A stretch of DNA of 64,000 nt from a virus (Duplodnaviria; Caudoviricetes): the IMG/VR virus record IMGVR_UViG_3300014613_000002, positions 1 to 64,000 of that record. The stretch is one strand, 5' to 3'. Within the stretch, counting starts at the first letter, position 1, and every line of letters starts with the position of its first letter. The position numbers were made by a program, and so were the translations under genes. The notes below the pieces were generated by a model. The model was not told the DNA's origin, made no database searches, and saw only the letters and a program-made list of their open reading frames with translations. Positions 44,375 to 54,361 of this stretch are shown one piece after another.

Positions 44375-44546
44375 CTTTCAGAACTGCTTCCTTTATCAAT
44401 AGGATTTGGTTACTGATACAATATGTGCCTTTCTTTATAGGCATAGTAATTGTAGGAATAGGCATACCGTATTTACGGTGTATCTCCCGTATATCTAGTT
44501 GGCACTGGTTAAGGTCTTCTACTCTTACCTCATAATTCTTGCCCAT
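44361..44546 (-). CDS. hypothetical protein
   Basis: GGAGGTG SD. Confidence 0.6.
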   Translation of the reverse strand: MGKNYEVRVEDLNQCQLDIREIHRKYGMPIPTITMPIKKGTYCISNQILLIKEAVLKGAED

Positions 44547-44561
44547 TTCACCTCCTTTGTT

Positions 44562-46448
44562 TTAGACATATTGCAACCTCAATCCTAATAAATAACAATT
44601 AGCATCAACAGTATCAAGAGCATCACTGGCTTCTCTGGTAAATGTCATACCAACCAGGTCACCAGCAGCTATAGGGTCTAATGCACCACTCACATCAATG
44701 CAGTTAATATCATTAATAGTTACTGCTACTTGCCCAGCAGCTATGGTATCCGTGTGGTTATTGTAATTTTCACCAGTGCAAACTTTACCCCAATTAGCAG
44801 TAAATGTTCTCCTTAAATTACCTGCGCCACCTGGCACTATCATCACTTGGGCTCTTACAAGCTCTGTGAAATTGTTTGGGATATAGAACTCAAACCTGCT
44901 CATCACATCTATGCCATCAGTCAACAACTCGGCAGGATGAGTCCCTATGCTAGAGCTGGGGTTGGGCACTGGGACAAAGATATAAGGAAGAACTGTAGTG
45001 GTTCCACTATCAAGAATCTGGCCAGTGACATTAGCCAGTAGTTTGTTGTTCTCGACCACATTATTGATACAGCTTGCGGCAACTATCTCAATGCCATAAT
45101 CATCATTTACATCGCAGTAGTTATCCTTAATTAGACAGTCACTGTTGTTAGCCATAAGAGCAATACCACTTCCCATACCCTTGTAGCAACGATTACCTAT
45201 AATTTGCGCCTCGTTAGCTCCATCTTCAAGCTGGATACCATCTTCTTGCCTTGTGCCATCGCCTGAGCAGAAGTTACTATTTATCTGGCATCTATCCGCA
45301 CCACTACTAAGGTTGATTCCATGGTAAGTACCAGCAACAAGATAGCTGTTCTGGTAGCAGTAATTATCGTTTATGCTACACTCGACACCATCGGTATTTA
45401 TGCCATGCTGAGTATTCTGGTGGCAGATATTATTATTGAGGGAGTTTCTACTACCACCATTACGGATTCCATCAAGAGAACTGGTACAACAATGATTCCC
45501 TTCTACTATATTATCTTCCGAAGCACCATCTAGGTAAATACCACTTGAAGCATTACCATAGCAGTTATTACCTGAAATAATACATCTGATGGAAGTAGAT
45601 AATTCTATACCATCGTCACCGTTGCCATAGCAGGTATTGTCAGTTATGCCACAGTAGTTAGAAGTACCAAGCAGAATGCCCTCTGCGATTGAAGCAAGGC
45701 ACAAATTACCGCTTATCTCAGAATTGCTCGTGTCTAGTAGCTGTATCGCACGGTCACCGGCCTGATAGATGATGTTATCAGCTATAGTGCAATAGTTTTG
45801 ATTCCCGGTATTGCCAAAGAAAATTCCAGTGCTACCTGTGCCGACAATAGTGTTGAGGGTTATCTGTGCTCGCAATAGTGCGTTGGCACCATCCATATCG
45901 GCATATATGCCATGGACATCGGCATCCTCTATCGTAACATCGTGAATGGATAGGTCGTAAATTGTAGTGCCCTCAATGTGGATGGCATCACTATCGCTGT
46001 TTACAATGACAATCTCTTCAATATGGCAATTGTTAGAGCCGTCCTCGATAAATATGCAGTGACAGACCTTCCCACCACCATCCTCGGTCTGTATAGCTAG
46101 ATTCTTAACGATGCAATCAGCTACACTTGAAATGACAATGCCGTGCTCGCCAGTAGCAAGCCCATCTCCATCTATGAAAGTGGAGCGACCTTGGCCCTCT
46201 AAAGTGATATTATTTGCTGGAATGATGATAGGGTTAGCTAGATTGAAAGTGCCCTCGGATAGAATTACCCTTCCTTCACTGGCAGGGAGAGCATTAAGAG
46301 CTAGGTTGATTTGAACATCATCTGCCACTCCATCGCAAAGGAAATCAGCTTGTGCCCTTGACCTGTCAAGAGCATTATTTGCGGCAACAAATAGCGTAGC
46401 TACTCTCGGAGGCAGCCACATTCCTTGAGGAACACTTTCTCCTGGCAT
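44562..46448 (-). CDS. long right-handed beta-helix spike protein with C-terminal jelly-roll-like domain
   Basis: N-terminus paralogous to 42826-44172; ~15 NN.C..N..GI coils. Confidence 0.85.
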   Translation of the reverse strand: MPGESVPQGMWLPPRVATLFVAANNALDRSRAQADFLCDGVADDVQINLALNALPASEGRVILSEGTFNLANPIIIPANNITLEGQGRSTFIDGDGLATGEHGIVISSVADCIVKNLAIQTEDGGGKVCHCIFIEDGSNNCHIEEIVIVNSDSDAIHIEGTTIYDLSIHDVTIEDADVHGIYADMDGANALLRAQITLNTIVGTGSTGIFFGNTGNQNYCTIADNIIYQAGDRAIQLLDTSNSEISGNLCLASIAEGILLGTSNYCGITDNTCYGNGDDGIELSTSIRCIISGNNCYGNASSGIYLDGASEDNIVEGNHCCTSSLDGIRNGGSRNSLNNNICHQNTQHGINTDGVECSINDNYCYQNSYLVAGTYHGINLSSGADRCQINSNFCSGDGTRQEDGIQLEDGANEAQIIGNRCYKGMGSGIALMANNSDCLIKDNYCDVNDDYGIEIVAASCINNVVENNKLLANVTGQILDSGTTTVLPYIFVPVPNPSSSIGTHPAELLTDGIDVMSRFEFYIPNNFTELVRAQVMIVPGGAGNLRRTFTANWGKVCTGENYNNHTDTIAAGQVAVTINDINCIDVSGALDPIAAGDLVGMTFTREASDALDTVDANCYLLGLRLQYV

Positions 46449-46457
46449 ATCATCTCC

Positions 46458-47132
46458 TTATTGGGTAGCAGCAACTATCTCCTGTAATCTCAAAACTTGG
46501 CAGGTCGTATTAATCGAATAAACATAATTTATAGTATCACCAGCTGAAACTAGCAAATCAAAGAAAAATAACGACCCTGCTGTTAATACAACCCCATGAT
46601 TAAAAGCTAAAGTTTGCGTATTTCCGCCACGAATAATCGTTGCTGAAAAAACTCCAGCTCCCAAAAAGCCAACTTGCACCCTGAAAAGGCATGGTGTATT
46701 AAGTGGGGCAATAGCTGCACCTAGAATGGCAACGCCCCCAACTACAGCTACGTTATGTACTTCAGCCCGAGCCAGTGGGCTAAGTGGGCTGGCTACTCTT
46801 TTTATCGAGTAAGTATCACCTGCAACAACCGCTGCAGGTAAGGGATTGGTGGCAAAATTCAGGGTGTTAGCAGCATTGGAATCAAGCTCTCTGGTGTATG
46901 AAATGCCGGTAGAAATGTCCAGTATCTCGACCATAGCATCTTCCCATATATTAACCTGCCAGCCTTTGGTAGTATCAATAAGGGTGCTGATAGTTCCACC
47001 AGTAGCTACGCCAGAATCAATGGCAGTATCAGCCACAGTAACAAAAAGACTCCCATCTGGCCCAACTCTAACTGGTATCCAAGTTACTCCTGTTGCTGGT
47101 GTTTCACATCCCCAAATCTTTACTCCTGGCAT
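46458..47132 (-). CDS. beta-rich virion structural protein
   Basis: GVATGGTISTLIDT; C-terminal beta-sandwich pattern. Confidence 0.7.
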   Translation of the reverse strand: MPGVKIWGCETPATGVTWIPVRVGPDGSLFVTVADTAIDSGVATGGTISTLIDTTKGWQVNIWEDAMVEILDISTGISYTRELDSNAANTLNFATNPLPAAVVAGDTYSIKRVASPLSPLARAEVHNVAVVGGVAILGAAIAPLNTPCLFRVQVGFLGAGVFSATIIRGGNTQTLAFNHGVVLTAGSLFFFDLLVSAGDTINYVYSINTTCQVLRLQEIVAATQ

Positions 47133-47143
47133 TTCAATCTCCT

Positions 47144-47926
47144 TTATTCCACTGGATTAGCTGGCTCATTCTGAGTGATGATAGCACTATCCACGTATGC
47201 TGTTGACACATTATCACTGTTATTGGTTATTGCGAAAGACATATAAAGGTATGGTGGGACAGGAGACCCAAAAGACTGAATAGCTATACCTGACATATCA
47301 AAAGCTGTATTATTGATTATAAACCTTACATACTCATCTTTAGTAAAGTCTATCACCAGTTTCATGACATTAAATACATCATCATATGTGGTAACAGTCC
47401 CTTCCAATGGTACATAGACTCCTCCAGAGTTGCGATACCAGCACAAGTCAGAGACTCTATCGTAGTGAACACTACCAAAGTGTTGTAGGACACCATCATA
47501 CAGTATGATATTCATGTGGACTCTAGATAGGAAGTGGTCGTGCTGAGTAGCAATCTCAAATCCTATCTTACTAAGAACAGGGTAAGCACATCGCTTTGCT
47601 ATCTGGTAGGAATAACCTTCAAGGTCATTTGTGTAAAGTTTAAGACAAAAACCTCCATGAAGTGCATGATTGCCTTCCCAGGCGATACCTCCTCCAGCAC
47701 CTCCAGTAGGTTCCCATTTAAGTATTCCATCTTCAAAGCTATCTAAGAAGATGATATTGCCCCTGCGGTCAAACGTATCTATGCTCTTTAGTCTAGCAGC
47801 CAGCTCGCCTACATCAGTTGAGGTGTAAACTGGGCCAACAGCCACCTGCCCTGTAGGCTGTGGCTGGGCATAGTCGGGAAGTCCATAGCCTCTTGTTCTT
47901 ACTGTGTAAGTTTCTATTACTGCCAT
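47144..47926 (-). CDS. virion protein with lectin/ConA-like beta-sandwich
   Basis: beta-rich; FLDSFEDG..; YVDSAIIT. Confidence 0.6.
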   Translation of the reverse strand: MAVIETYTVRTRGYGLPDYAQPQPTGQVAVGPVYTSTDVGELAARLKSIDTFDRRGNIIFLDSFEDGILKWEPTGGAGGGIAWEGNHALHGGFCLKLYTNDLEGYSYQIAKRCAYPVLSKIGFEIATQHDHFLSRVHMNIILYDGVLQHFGSVHYDRVSDLCWYRNSGGVYVPLEGTVTTYDDVFNVMKLVIDFTKDEYVRFIINNTAFDMSGIAIQSFGSPVPPYLYMSFAITNNSDNVSTAYVDSAIITQNEPANPVE

Positions 47927-47927
47927 C

Positions 47928-48446
47928 TTAATTTCCCTCTATTGTGACAATACACGATACTGTATGAGCAGCAGCACCATCGTGATTATCCATTATGCAC
48001 CAAACAGCCTCTTCCCGCTTGCACATCTCAGAAGTGGGGAAAGTAGGGCAAGCGTCGTTAAGGGCAATAAAGCCAGAGATGGGGCATATTTGCTTATATC
48101 CATGCCCAAAGGCCATATCCACATTCCCGTTACAGTTTAAGGGAAAGTGCATTGTGACTGATGTTATGGCACCGTCAAGCGGCACCATATCCTCAAGTCT
48201 TACTCCCTGATTTATCGCTAATGTCTGTTGAAAAACTATTTGCTGTGTTTGTAACGGCATAATGTATCCTACCTCCTTTAGCTCACGGAGCAAGCTACCA
48301 AGTGATTCGACTGGGGCTTGAATGGCAAGAAGTTGCTTGACAGCAAAGTCCAACCGTTCATCAGCCCCAGTCAGATTGTCTCCAATCGACTCAAGCCAGC
48401 TAACATTCTGCTTGAGGTAGTTCTCGTACTCCTCGTAAGAAGCCAT
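47928..48446 (-). CDS. coiled-coil + small jelly-roll-like virion protein
   Basis: helical N-terminus; GAITSVTMHFP..CNGNVDM. Confidence 0.6.
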   Translation of the reverse strand: MASYEEYENYLKQNVSWLESIGDNLTGADERLDFAVKQLLAIQAPVESLGSLLRELKEVGYIMPLQTQQIVFQQTLAINQGVRLEDMVPLDGAITSVTMHFPLNCNGNVDMAFGHGYKQICPISGFIALNDACPTFPTSEMCKREEAVWCIMDNHDGAAAHTVSCIVTIEGN

Positions 48447-48458
48447 TTGCTACCTCCT

Positions 48459-48812
48459 TTAGCCTATGTCGTCAACTTCTATGAGCACATCCATTGTTGT
48501 GCCAACACCAGCGTTGGCAGACCTAGCATAGATGTTGCTCTGGAACTCATACTGAGGAATCTCCCACTCACTAAGCTGCTCATCAAAAGGAGTAAGGATG
48601 TAAATTTCAGGCATCCTCGGAGTCCATACAGCAGCAATAACCTCGCCAAAAATCACTGTGTCATTGGCTCCAGTGTTGTTCATCAGCATGATTTTCTTGA
48701 TTTTGGCAGTTCTGCCTTGACTGAGTGTGTAGATTAAGGCCTCATTTCCTGCTCCTGCGGCAGCAATGCTTACAAGCTGGGAAGTTTTTCTAACATGCGT
48801 TATTTCTTCCAT
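48459..48812 (-). CDS. small single-jelly-roll-like virion protein
   Basis: IYTLSQGRTAKIKKIMLMNN..VLIEV alternating strands. Confidence 0.6.
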   Translation of the reverse strand: MEEITHVRKTSQLVSIAAAGAGNEALIYTLSQGRTAKIKKIMLMNNTGANDTVIFGEVIAAVWTPRMPEIYILTPFDEQLSEWEIPQYEFQSNIYARSANAGVGTTMDVLIEVDDIG

Positions 48813-48827
48813 TTAATCATTACCTCC

Positions 48828-49406
48828 TTAGAATCCTCCGCTCGATGCGAATGTGATTGGACCCAGTACTTTCCTCGCTTCTGTTGCAGTGTGGAATGTC
48901 CTGAGAGAAGCACTGTCTAGGGCATACCTATAGCCAAAGAAAGCCACTCTCGATTGCACTAGAGCAACAGCAGTCGGGTTGAAGATGTTTATGAACGGGT
49001 TGCTGCTGGTCAGAATCACAACCTCAGTCGAGTGCAGGGACGGGTCAACTTGCATGGTGAATATGTCCGCCCTGGCTGTCTGTCTGGCGGTCATGAACCT
49101 GGTGTCAGCGTTGCCGATGAAGAACAGCACCTCAATATCATCCAGCGGGTAGAACCTGAGCTGCATAGCTTCAGGCGGGGTTAGTCGTTGCTGTAATGTT
49201 GCAGCAGTGTCAGTGGCTCCAGTCCATGCCCCAGCAGCTACAGGACCAAAGTTGAAGACGAACTGTCGTGAGCGAGGGATGGGCTCGTAGTGGTTGACCT
49301 TGTAGCACTGCCACTGGGTAAGGAGCCAGATGCCAATCCACTCATCGACCAATGCGAGTGGAGCTATTGGCCCTGGTCTTGCGTAATACCTTTCTTCGTT
49401 TGCCAT
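48828..49406 (-). CDS. candidate single-jelly-roll major capsid protein 2
   Basis: 192 aa; strands FVFNFG, MQLRFY, IEVLFF, EVVIL, FINIFNP, VAFFGYRY; inferred fold. Confidence 0.5.
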   Translation of the reverse strand: MANEERYYARPGPIAPLALVDEWIGIWLLTQWQCYKVNHYEPIPRSRQFVFNFGPVAAGAWTGATDTAATLQQRLTPPEAMQLRFYPLDDIEVLFFIGNADTRFMTARQTARADIFTMQVDPSLHSTEVVILTSSNPFINIFNPTAVALVQSRVAFFGYRYALDSASLRTFHTATEARKVLGPITFASSGGF

Positions 49407-49451
49407 TATTATAACCTCCTATCTAATCTTCTCTGAGATTATTTTATTCTC

Positions 49452-49748
49452 CTAATTATTAAAACCTCTACCAATTACAGGACGAGTTTGGTCTAAACTC
49501 TTTGCCATAGCTTGCCCATAGCGTGGTCTGTGCGTATCGCCACCAGGAAAGGTATAGCCACCTTTTTCCTTGTTAAGAGTCTGTAGCACCTTATCTCTAC
49601 CTGTTTCTGATATAGTGAAGCTAGCAAGTGAGAACCTTCGTCTCATTACTTGCCCACAGCTACACCCCTGCTCCCTACCTGCTTCACTAAAAGGGAGCAT
49701 TATCTCCTTTTCAGCTCCACATTCGCACTCAAACTCATAGATTGGCAT
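49452..49748 (-). CDS. FmdB-family zinc-ribbon protein
   Basis: MPIYEFECECG...CSCGQVMRRRFS. Confidence 0.8.
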   Translation of the reverse strand: MPIYEFECECGAEKEIMLPFSEAGREQGCSCGQVMRRRFSLASFTISETGRDKVLQTLNKEKGGYTFPGGDTHRPRYGQAMAKSLDQTRPVIGRGFNN

Positions 49749-49766
49749 TTTATTCCCTTCTTATGG

Positions 49767-50657
49767 TTAAGCTGGACCAGCACTTAAAGCAGGGCCAGCA
49801 TAATTGCCACACCATCCATTCGCTTCAGCTCCAGCAACCCCACTATCATCATTATATGGGTTTACGGCACAGGCAGCTCCAGTTATCCCTGCTAGGTTAC
49901 CATGAACCCAGTTGTTGGTAGATGTTGCATCAAGGTTTACCGCCCATCCTGCCAGCGCCAAGCCATCAGCGAAAGCTGAGAAGAACTGATTACCAAAGAT
50001 GCCGACACCAAAACTACCAGCGAAGGGGGTAATACATCCCACTCCTGGATTACGGAATATGTTGTTGAATATTAATCCAGTGTTAAAGTAAGCAGTAATG
50101 GCAATATTGGTGAAATTAGGACCAAAGTAGTTGTTGTTTATAGACGGGTATATCAACGCACCACCACCAGTAAAGCCAATACAATCCGTACAAGAATAGT
50201 TCCAACCTAATGTACAATGATGAAGATGGAGCCTATTGCATTGGCCGGTCGGGTCTACGGCCATAGCAGAGCCGTCATTGCCCAAGTTAAATCCAGCAAG
50301 CTCAAAGTCAGTAGCATTATCTGTGAGTTCAATGGAAGCAAGTACGCCCCCATCTATATCGTTACCATTGTCGAAATTACCCCCACCCAGAGAAATAATG
50401 TGGAGGTCCTCAATATCAATAGTAAGCGGAGGGGCAGTTAATGTCCAGAAGTCCTGTACGAATATGTAGTCACCTCTCTGGTGTTCACACAATAAGTATG
50501 CTGTTTCAAGGTCAGCTACTGGGAATTGCGGGTCAGTACCCTCGTTGCTGTTATTACCGTGGCGACAATCGACATAGAATATCTTGCCACCCTGAGGATT
50601 TATTCCCTTAGATTGGTCAAAAGACTTTAAAGTTAAACTACCTAGAAGGTCAAACAT
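49767..50657 (-). CDS. beta-helix spike paralog C
   Basis: IFYVD..G.N.N.G..P..P..DYI head shared by three tandem genes. Confidence 0.8.
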   Translation of the reverse strand: MFDLLGSLTLKSFDQSKGINPQGGKIFYVDCRHGNNSNEGTDPQFPVADLETAYLLCEHQRGDYIFVQDFWTLTAPPLTIDIEDLHIISLGGGNFDNGNDIDGGVLASIELTDNATDFELAGFNLGNDGSAMAVDPTGQCNRLHLHHCTLGWNYSCTDCIGFTGGGALIYPSINNNYFGPNFTNIAITAYFNTGLIFNNIFRNPGVGCITPFAGSFGVGIFGNQFFSAFADGLALAGWAVNLDATSTNNWVHGNLAGITGAACAVNPYNDDSGVAGAEANGWCGNYAGPALSAGPA

Positions 50658-50670
50658 TTTATTATCCTCC

Positions 50671-51609
50671 TTATATTCCTACTGGTTCTATTACTTGGTT
50701 GCCACGATAGTTCATTGCCCAAGCATTCTGGGTGTTACCGTTCAAATCCCTGAATGGGTTGAAGGTATATCCAGCATTTAACATGCCCATGCCTGCGACA
50801 TTGCCCTTGATAAAGTTACCGTGAGTTACACCTCCTACGAGGTCTAAAGTAATTGCCTCACCGTTGACAGCATCAGGGACTGAGAAAACATTATCCTGAA
50901 TAACCATGGAACTAGTTAGGTCAATATAAATGCCACAGGCAGGTATCCCTTGGAACATACAGTTGCGTATTACTGACCAGCCGAAGCTCACGGCACCTGG
51001 GGCACCAGCTGTGGTTATGCCATGAATGCCGATACAACCACCAGCATTAGCATCCTGTCCGAGAAAATGGCAGTCTTCAACTAGACAGAAGGTATTGGAG
51101 TCGGCATAAACTGAAATGCCGTAAATAGGCAGCCCTCCTGCTTTGTTTGCCTCTACGCTTCCGAACTGGCAATGGTGAATCCAGCAGTTCCTGCCCTGAC
51201 TAAGCTCAACACCACCATGGTCATCACCAGAACCAAAGTCAAAGCCAGCAATCTCCACGTAGTCACCAGTAACATTCATCACGGCAGTATTAGTAGCATC
51301 TGGCGGCTTTATCTTGGTGTAGGGTGCGTTGGGGGAAGTCATGCCTACGATATGTACTCTGTCCACAGAGACAGGAATTGGCCATGTCTCAGTAGCTTCA
51401 GCCCAGCAGTCCAACACTACAATGTAGTCGTTGCGGTTAGCAACACACTGAGTTAAAGCATAAGTGATAGTCAGGAAGGGAGTGCCTGGGTCAATACCAT
51501 TATTAGTATCAGCGCCTGGAGCAAAATGGCTGACATAGTAAACTCTGCCAAGTGCAGGTGGTCGCCTAACGGTAAGTGTTTCTTGTGGTCCAAATTCAGT
51601 TATAATCAT
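50671..51609 (-). CDS. beta-helix spike paralog B
   Basis: VYYVS..GADTNNG..P..TITYALTQC..NDYI. Confidence 0.8.
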   Translation of the reverse strand: MIITEFGPQETLTVRRPPALGRVYYVSHFAPGADTNNGIDPGTPFLTITYALTQCVANRNDYIVVLDCWAEATETWPIPVSVDRVHIVGMTSPNAPYTKIKPPDATNTAVMNVTGDYVEIAGFDFGSGDDHGGVELSQGRNCWIHHCQFGSVEANKAGGLPIYGISVYADSNTFCLVEDCHFLGQDANAGGCIGIHGITTAGAPGAVSFGWSVIRNCMFQGIPACGIYIDLTSSMVIQDNVFSVPDAVNGEAITLDLVGGVTHGNFIKGNVAGMGMLNAGYTFNPFRDLNGNTQNAWAMNYRGNQVIEPVGI

Positions 51610-51622
51610 CTATCATTCCTCC

Positions 51623-52534
51623 TTATGCAGGATAAATCACCGCATTGCCCGATATGTTATTTGACCAATGGTTGCTATCCAGAGCGGCTCCATCAAGATA
51701 TGGATTTGCGGCCATGGCATTCTCGCCAAACTGTGCTCTGTTGTCCACGACAAAGAAGTCACCACAAGTGGCTCCCAGCGTGATAGCTGACCCCTGAGTA
51801 TCCGCATCACAGGCGAAAACATTGTCTTTAATGGTTATGCCACCAGTGCCAGCACTTACGCTAACAAAGTTTATGCCGCTGCCTGGGCATCCTATGAACT
51901 GGTTGTTTATAATAGTGCCATTTAGAGGGTCGGCTGCGCTTGCCCAGTATATGCCGTCTCGTGACAATGTCCCACCAGCCGCATTCCCATAAAAGCTGCA
52001 GTTCTCTACCCGTATGGCAGTTGCGTTAAGTGCAACACGGATTCCATCCTGCGGCGTGTTGGCAGCAAGACTATGCCCAAACTGGCAATCATGGATATAC
52101 AGCCCTTCTGGAGTTCCAGCAGTATTCTCAATGCCAGCATGAGTTGCACCACCACCAAAGCTAAAGCCAGCTATTTCGCAATCACTGCTTGCTGCGGTGA
52201 CTGTAAAAATAGCAGTAGCGCCAGCAGCGTTCATCTGGACAAACGAGTGGCTGGGATTGCTGGATACTCCTATAATGTGAACCTGTGCTACACTTATGGC
52301 TACAACTTCCTGCCAGTGGTTAAGGACAATAATGTAGTCATCATTGTTATCGACGCACTGGGTTAAAGCATAGGTGATAGTCAGCCAAGGTGCAGTTGGG
52401 ATTGTACCAACATTCGCATTGTCACCAGCGACACCATCCACGAAAAAGACATTTCCCGTTGCCCACGGAAAACATCCAACCCCTGCCATCAACTTCAGGT
52501 AAATTGCTTTTTCTAAAGTATTTGCGCTTCCCAT
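51623..52534 (-). CDS. beta-helix spike paralog A
   Basis: VFFVDGVAGDNANVG..P..TITYALTQC..NDDYI. Confidence 0.8.
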   Translation of the reverse strand: MGSANTLEKAIYLKLMAGVGCFPWATGNVFFVDGVAGDNANVGTIPTAPWLTITYALTQCVDNNDDYIIVLNHWQEVVAISVAQVHIIGVSSNPSHSFVQMNAAGATAIFTVTAASSDCEIAGFSFGGGATHAGIENTAGTPEGLYIHDCQFGHSLAANTPQDGIRVALNATAIRVENCSFYGNAAGGTLSRDGIYWASAADPLNGTIINNQFIGCPGSGINFVSVSAGTGGITIKDNVFACDADTQGSAITLGATCGDFFVVDNRAQFGENAMAANPYLDGAALDSNHWSNNISGNAVIYPA

Positions 52535-52568
52535 ATAACCTCCTGTCTATTCTCCTTCGAGATTATTT

Positions 52569-52796
52569 TTAGATTTTTAAGTTTCCTAAGCCCAGATTTT
52601 GTGGAGGAGCCATCATCATCTTTGGTGAGCTGCTGACCAGTAATAGTGCCTTGAAGATGCACATGCCCTCCTTCTGTGGCGCTATCATACCTGGCTTACC
52701 CACCGCTATTTCTATCCACTGCTCGCACTCATCTCCTATACACGGCTCCCCACTAAACCTACATATCTTTGCCTTTTCATGGTGATTATCGTTCAT
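52569..52796 (-). CDS. small Cys-rich protein
   Basis: CRFSGEPCIGDECEQW..GMCI. Confidence 0.65.
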   Translation of the reverse strand: MNDNHHEKAKICRFSGEPCIGDECEQWIEIAVGKPGMIAPQKEGMCIFKALLLVSSSPKMMMAPPQNLGLGNLKI

Positions 52797-52818
52797 CCTA
52801 TCTCCTTTCAGGTAAGTT

Positions 52819-53316
52819 TTATGCAGCAGCCTCTATGTATGCCCCCAAATCAAGGGGATAATACACTATTGTCCAGGTGACTTCCCCAGTAGTATCATTT
52901 GCACCACCCACACCTTCTGCCATATTGAGGATTATTACTCCAGGCAGTAAAACTTGCGGATTAGTGCCAAAGCTAGGCACTGCTAATCCTGTTGCGACAC
53001 CCACCATTGCAACACCTACAGCACCAGTAACAGTGTATAGTTCTCCAATGGTATGAGCTTTAATATCTAGCGTATCACACATATCAGTTGCAGCATAACC
53101 TGCAGCAGTTGGGTCAAGTGTAAGCTTAATATCAATGCTGGCTGCACTACTAGTAACATCATCACTTGTTAGTTCACCCAATATCGAAACCAACTGGACA
53201 TTACCACCAGCCACAGTGAATAAATTATCAGTTCCAGCTGTAGTTGGTAAAACTCCCACCTTCTGCACTGCAGCTCCAAAAAGTGTTCCTATCTGTTCAT
53301 TTGCTGGAATAGGCAT
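52819..53316 (-). CDS. jelly-roll-like vertex paralog 5
   Basis: LFTVAGGNVQLVSILGE..VTWTIVYYPLD. Confidence 0.75.
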   Translation of the reverse strand: MPIPANEQIGTLFGAAVQKVGVLPTTAGTDNLFTVAGGNVQLVSILGELTSDDVTSSAASIDIKLTLDPTAAGYAATDMCDTLDIKAHTIGELYTVTGAVGVAMVGVATGLAVPSFGTNPQVLLPGVIILNMAEGVGGANDTTGEVTWTIVYYPLDLGAYIEAAA

Positions 53317-53332
53317 ATCATTTACCTCCTTA

Positions 53333-53824
53333 TTATGCGGCAGCTTCTATGTAAGCTCCAAAGTCAAGTGGGTAGTACACTACCGTCCAAGTTATTTCTC
53401 CAGCGGTATCAGCTTCAACACCTGCATTGGCCATATTAAGAAGTATTACCCCAGGCAGTGTGATTTGCGTGTTAGTGACAAAACTGGCTACCGCTACTCC
53501 TGTTATTGAAACTACCATCGCATTAGTAGGGTCACCAGTGATAGTGTATAATTGATGAGTGGTGTCACCCTTGATATCTAACCCAGTACACATATTAGTC
53601 GCAGCAAGTGCACCAGTCGGGTCAAGCTGGAGACTGATAGTAACAGTAGCAGAAGTGCCACCAATAGCAGCAACACTTGTCACTTCTCCTAATACTGAAA
53701 CCAATTGGACATTACCAACTACCGTAAACAGGTCATCAGTTCCAGTTGCGCCTGGCAAAACTCCTACTTTCTGTACCGCAATCCCAACAAGAGTTCCTAT
53801 TTGCTCATTCGCTGGTATAGGCAT
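53333..53824 (-). CDS. jelly-roll-like vertex paralog 4
   Basis: LFTVVGNVQLVSVLGE..ITWTVVYYPLD. Confidence 0.75.
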   Translation of the reverse strand: MPIPANEQIGTLVGIAVQKVGVLPGATGTDDLFTVVGNVQLVSVLGEVTSVAAIGGTSATVTISLQLDPTGALAATNMCTGLDIKGDTTHQLYTITGDPTNAMVVSITGVAVASFVTNTQITLPGVILLNMANAGVEADTAGEITWTVVYYPLDFGAYIEAAA

Positions 53825-53839
53825 ATTTTACCTCCTCGC

Positions 53840-54340
53840 TTATGTTACGTGAGCTTCTGGGTCTATCGGCACATAGCGCATTGTCCACTGGACAGAGCCA
53901 GTACCAGCAGCGGCATCTTCGTTCCACTGGATGGTTCCAGGTGGAATAATCCAGCCATGAGTGTTCATGCCAGTTGCCAAAAGACCACCAGACATTCCAG
54001 CCTGCACAGCAAGGCCAGCATAACAAGCGTCAGCAGGATTGCCAGTGAAGGTGTAGATTGTGCCTACAATATCGGCATCAATCACTGTAGCAGCACAAAA
54101 TGCTACTACACCACCAGCAGTCGGGTTAATTCGGATAGACAGGTTCGAAGCACCAGCTGCCTGAGCTATTGTCCTCTCACCGACCAGTATAGTCATTAGA
54201 ACAAGACCACCTGATACGGTGAAAAGAGTTGTCCAGACAGCGCCTGTTGGGCAGACGGTAGCAGGAAGGAACACCCTCGTGCCTAAAGTGCCACCTGATT
54301 GGCTTGCTGCTAAGGATTTAACATTACTACCTAATCCCAT
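53840..54340 (-). CDS. jelly-roll-like vertex paralog 3
   Basis: LFTVSGGLVLMTILVGE..VQWTMRYVPID. Confidence 0.75.
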   Translation of the reverse strand: MGLGSNVKSLAASQSGGTLGTRVFLPATVCPTGAVWTTLFTVSGGLVLMTILVGERTIAQAAGASNLSIRINPTAGGVVAFCAATVIDADIVGTIYTFTGNPADACYAGLAVQAGMSGGLLATGMNTHGWIIPPGTIQWNEDAAAGTGSVQWTMRYVPIDPEAHVT

Positions 54341-54361
54341 TATTTTAACCTCCTAAATTTA

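Noticed and set aside
40275-46448. Tailed (Caudoviricetes) phage, based on tail-collar and beta-helix genes
   Set aside because: No terminase, portal, HK97 capsid, tape measure or tail tube recognised; the FtsK/HerA ATPase and membrane proteins point to a tailless virion.
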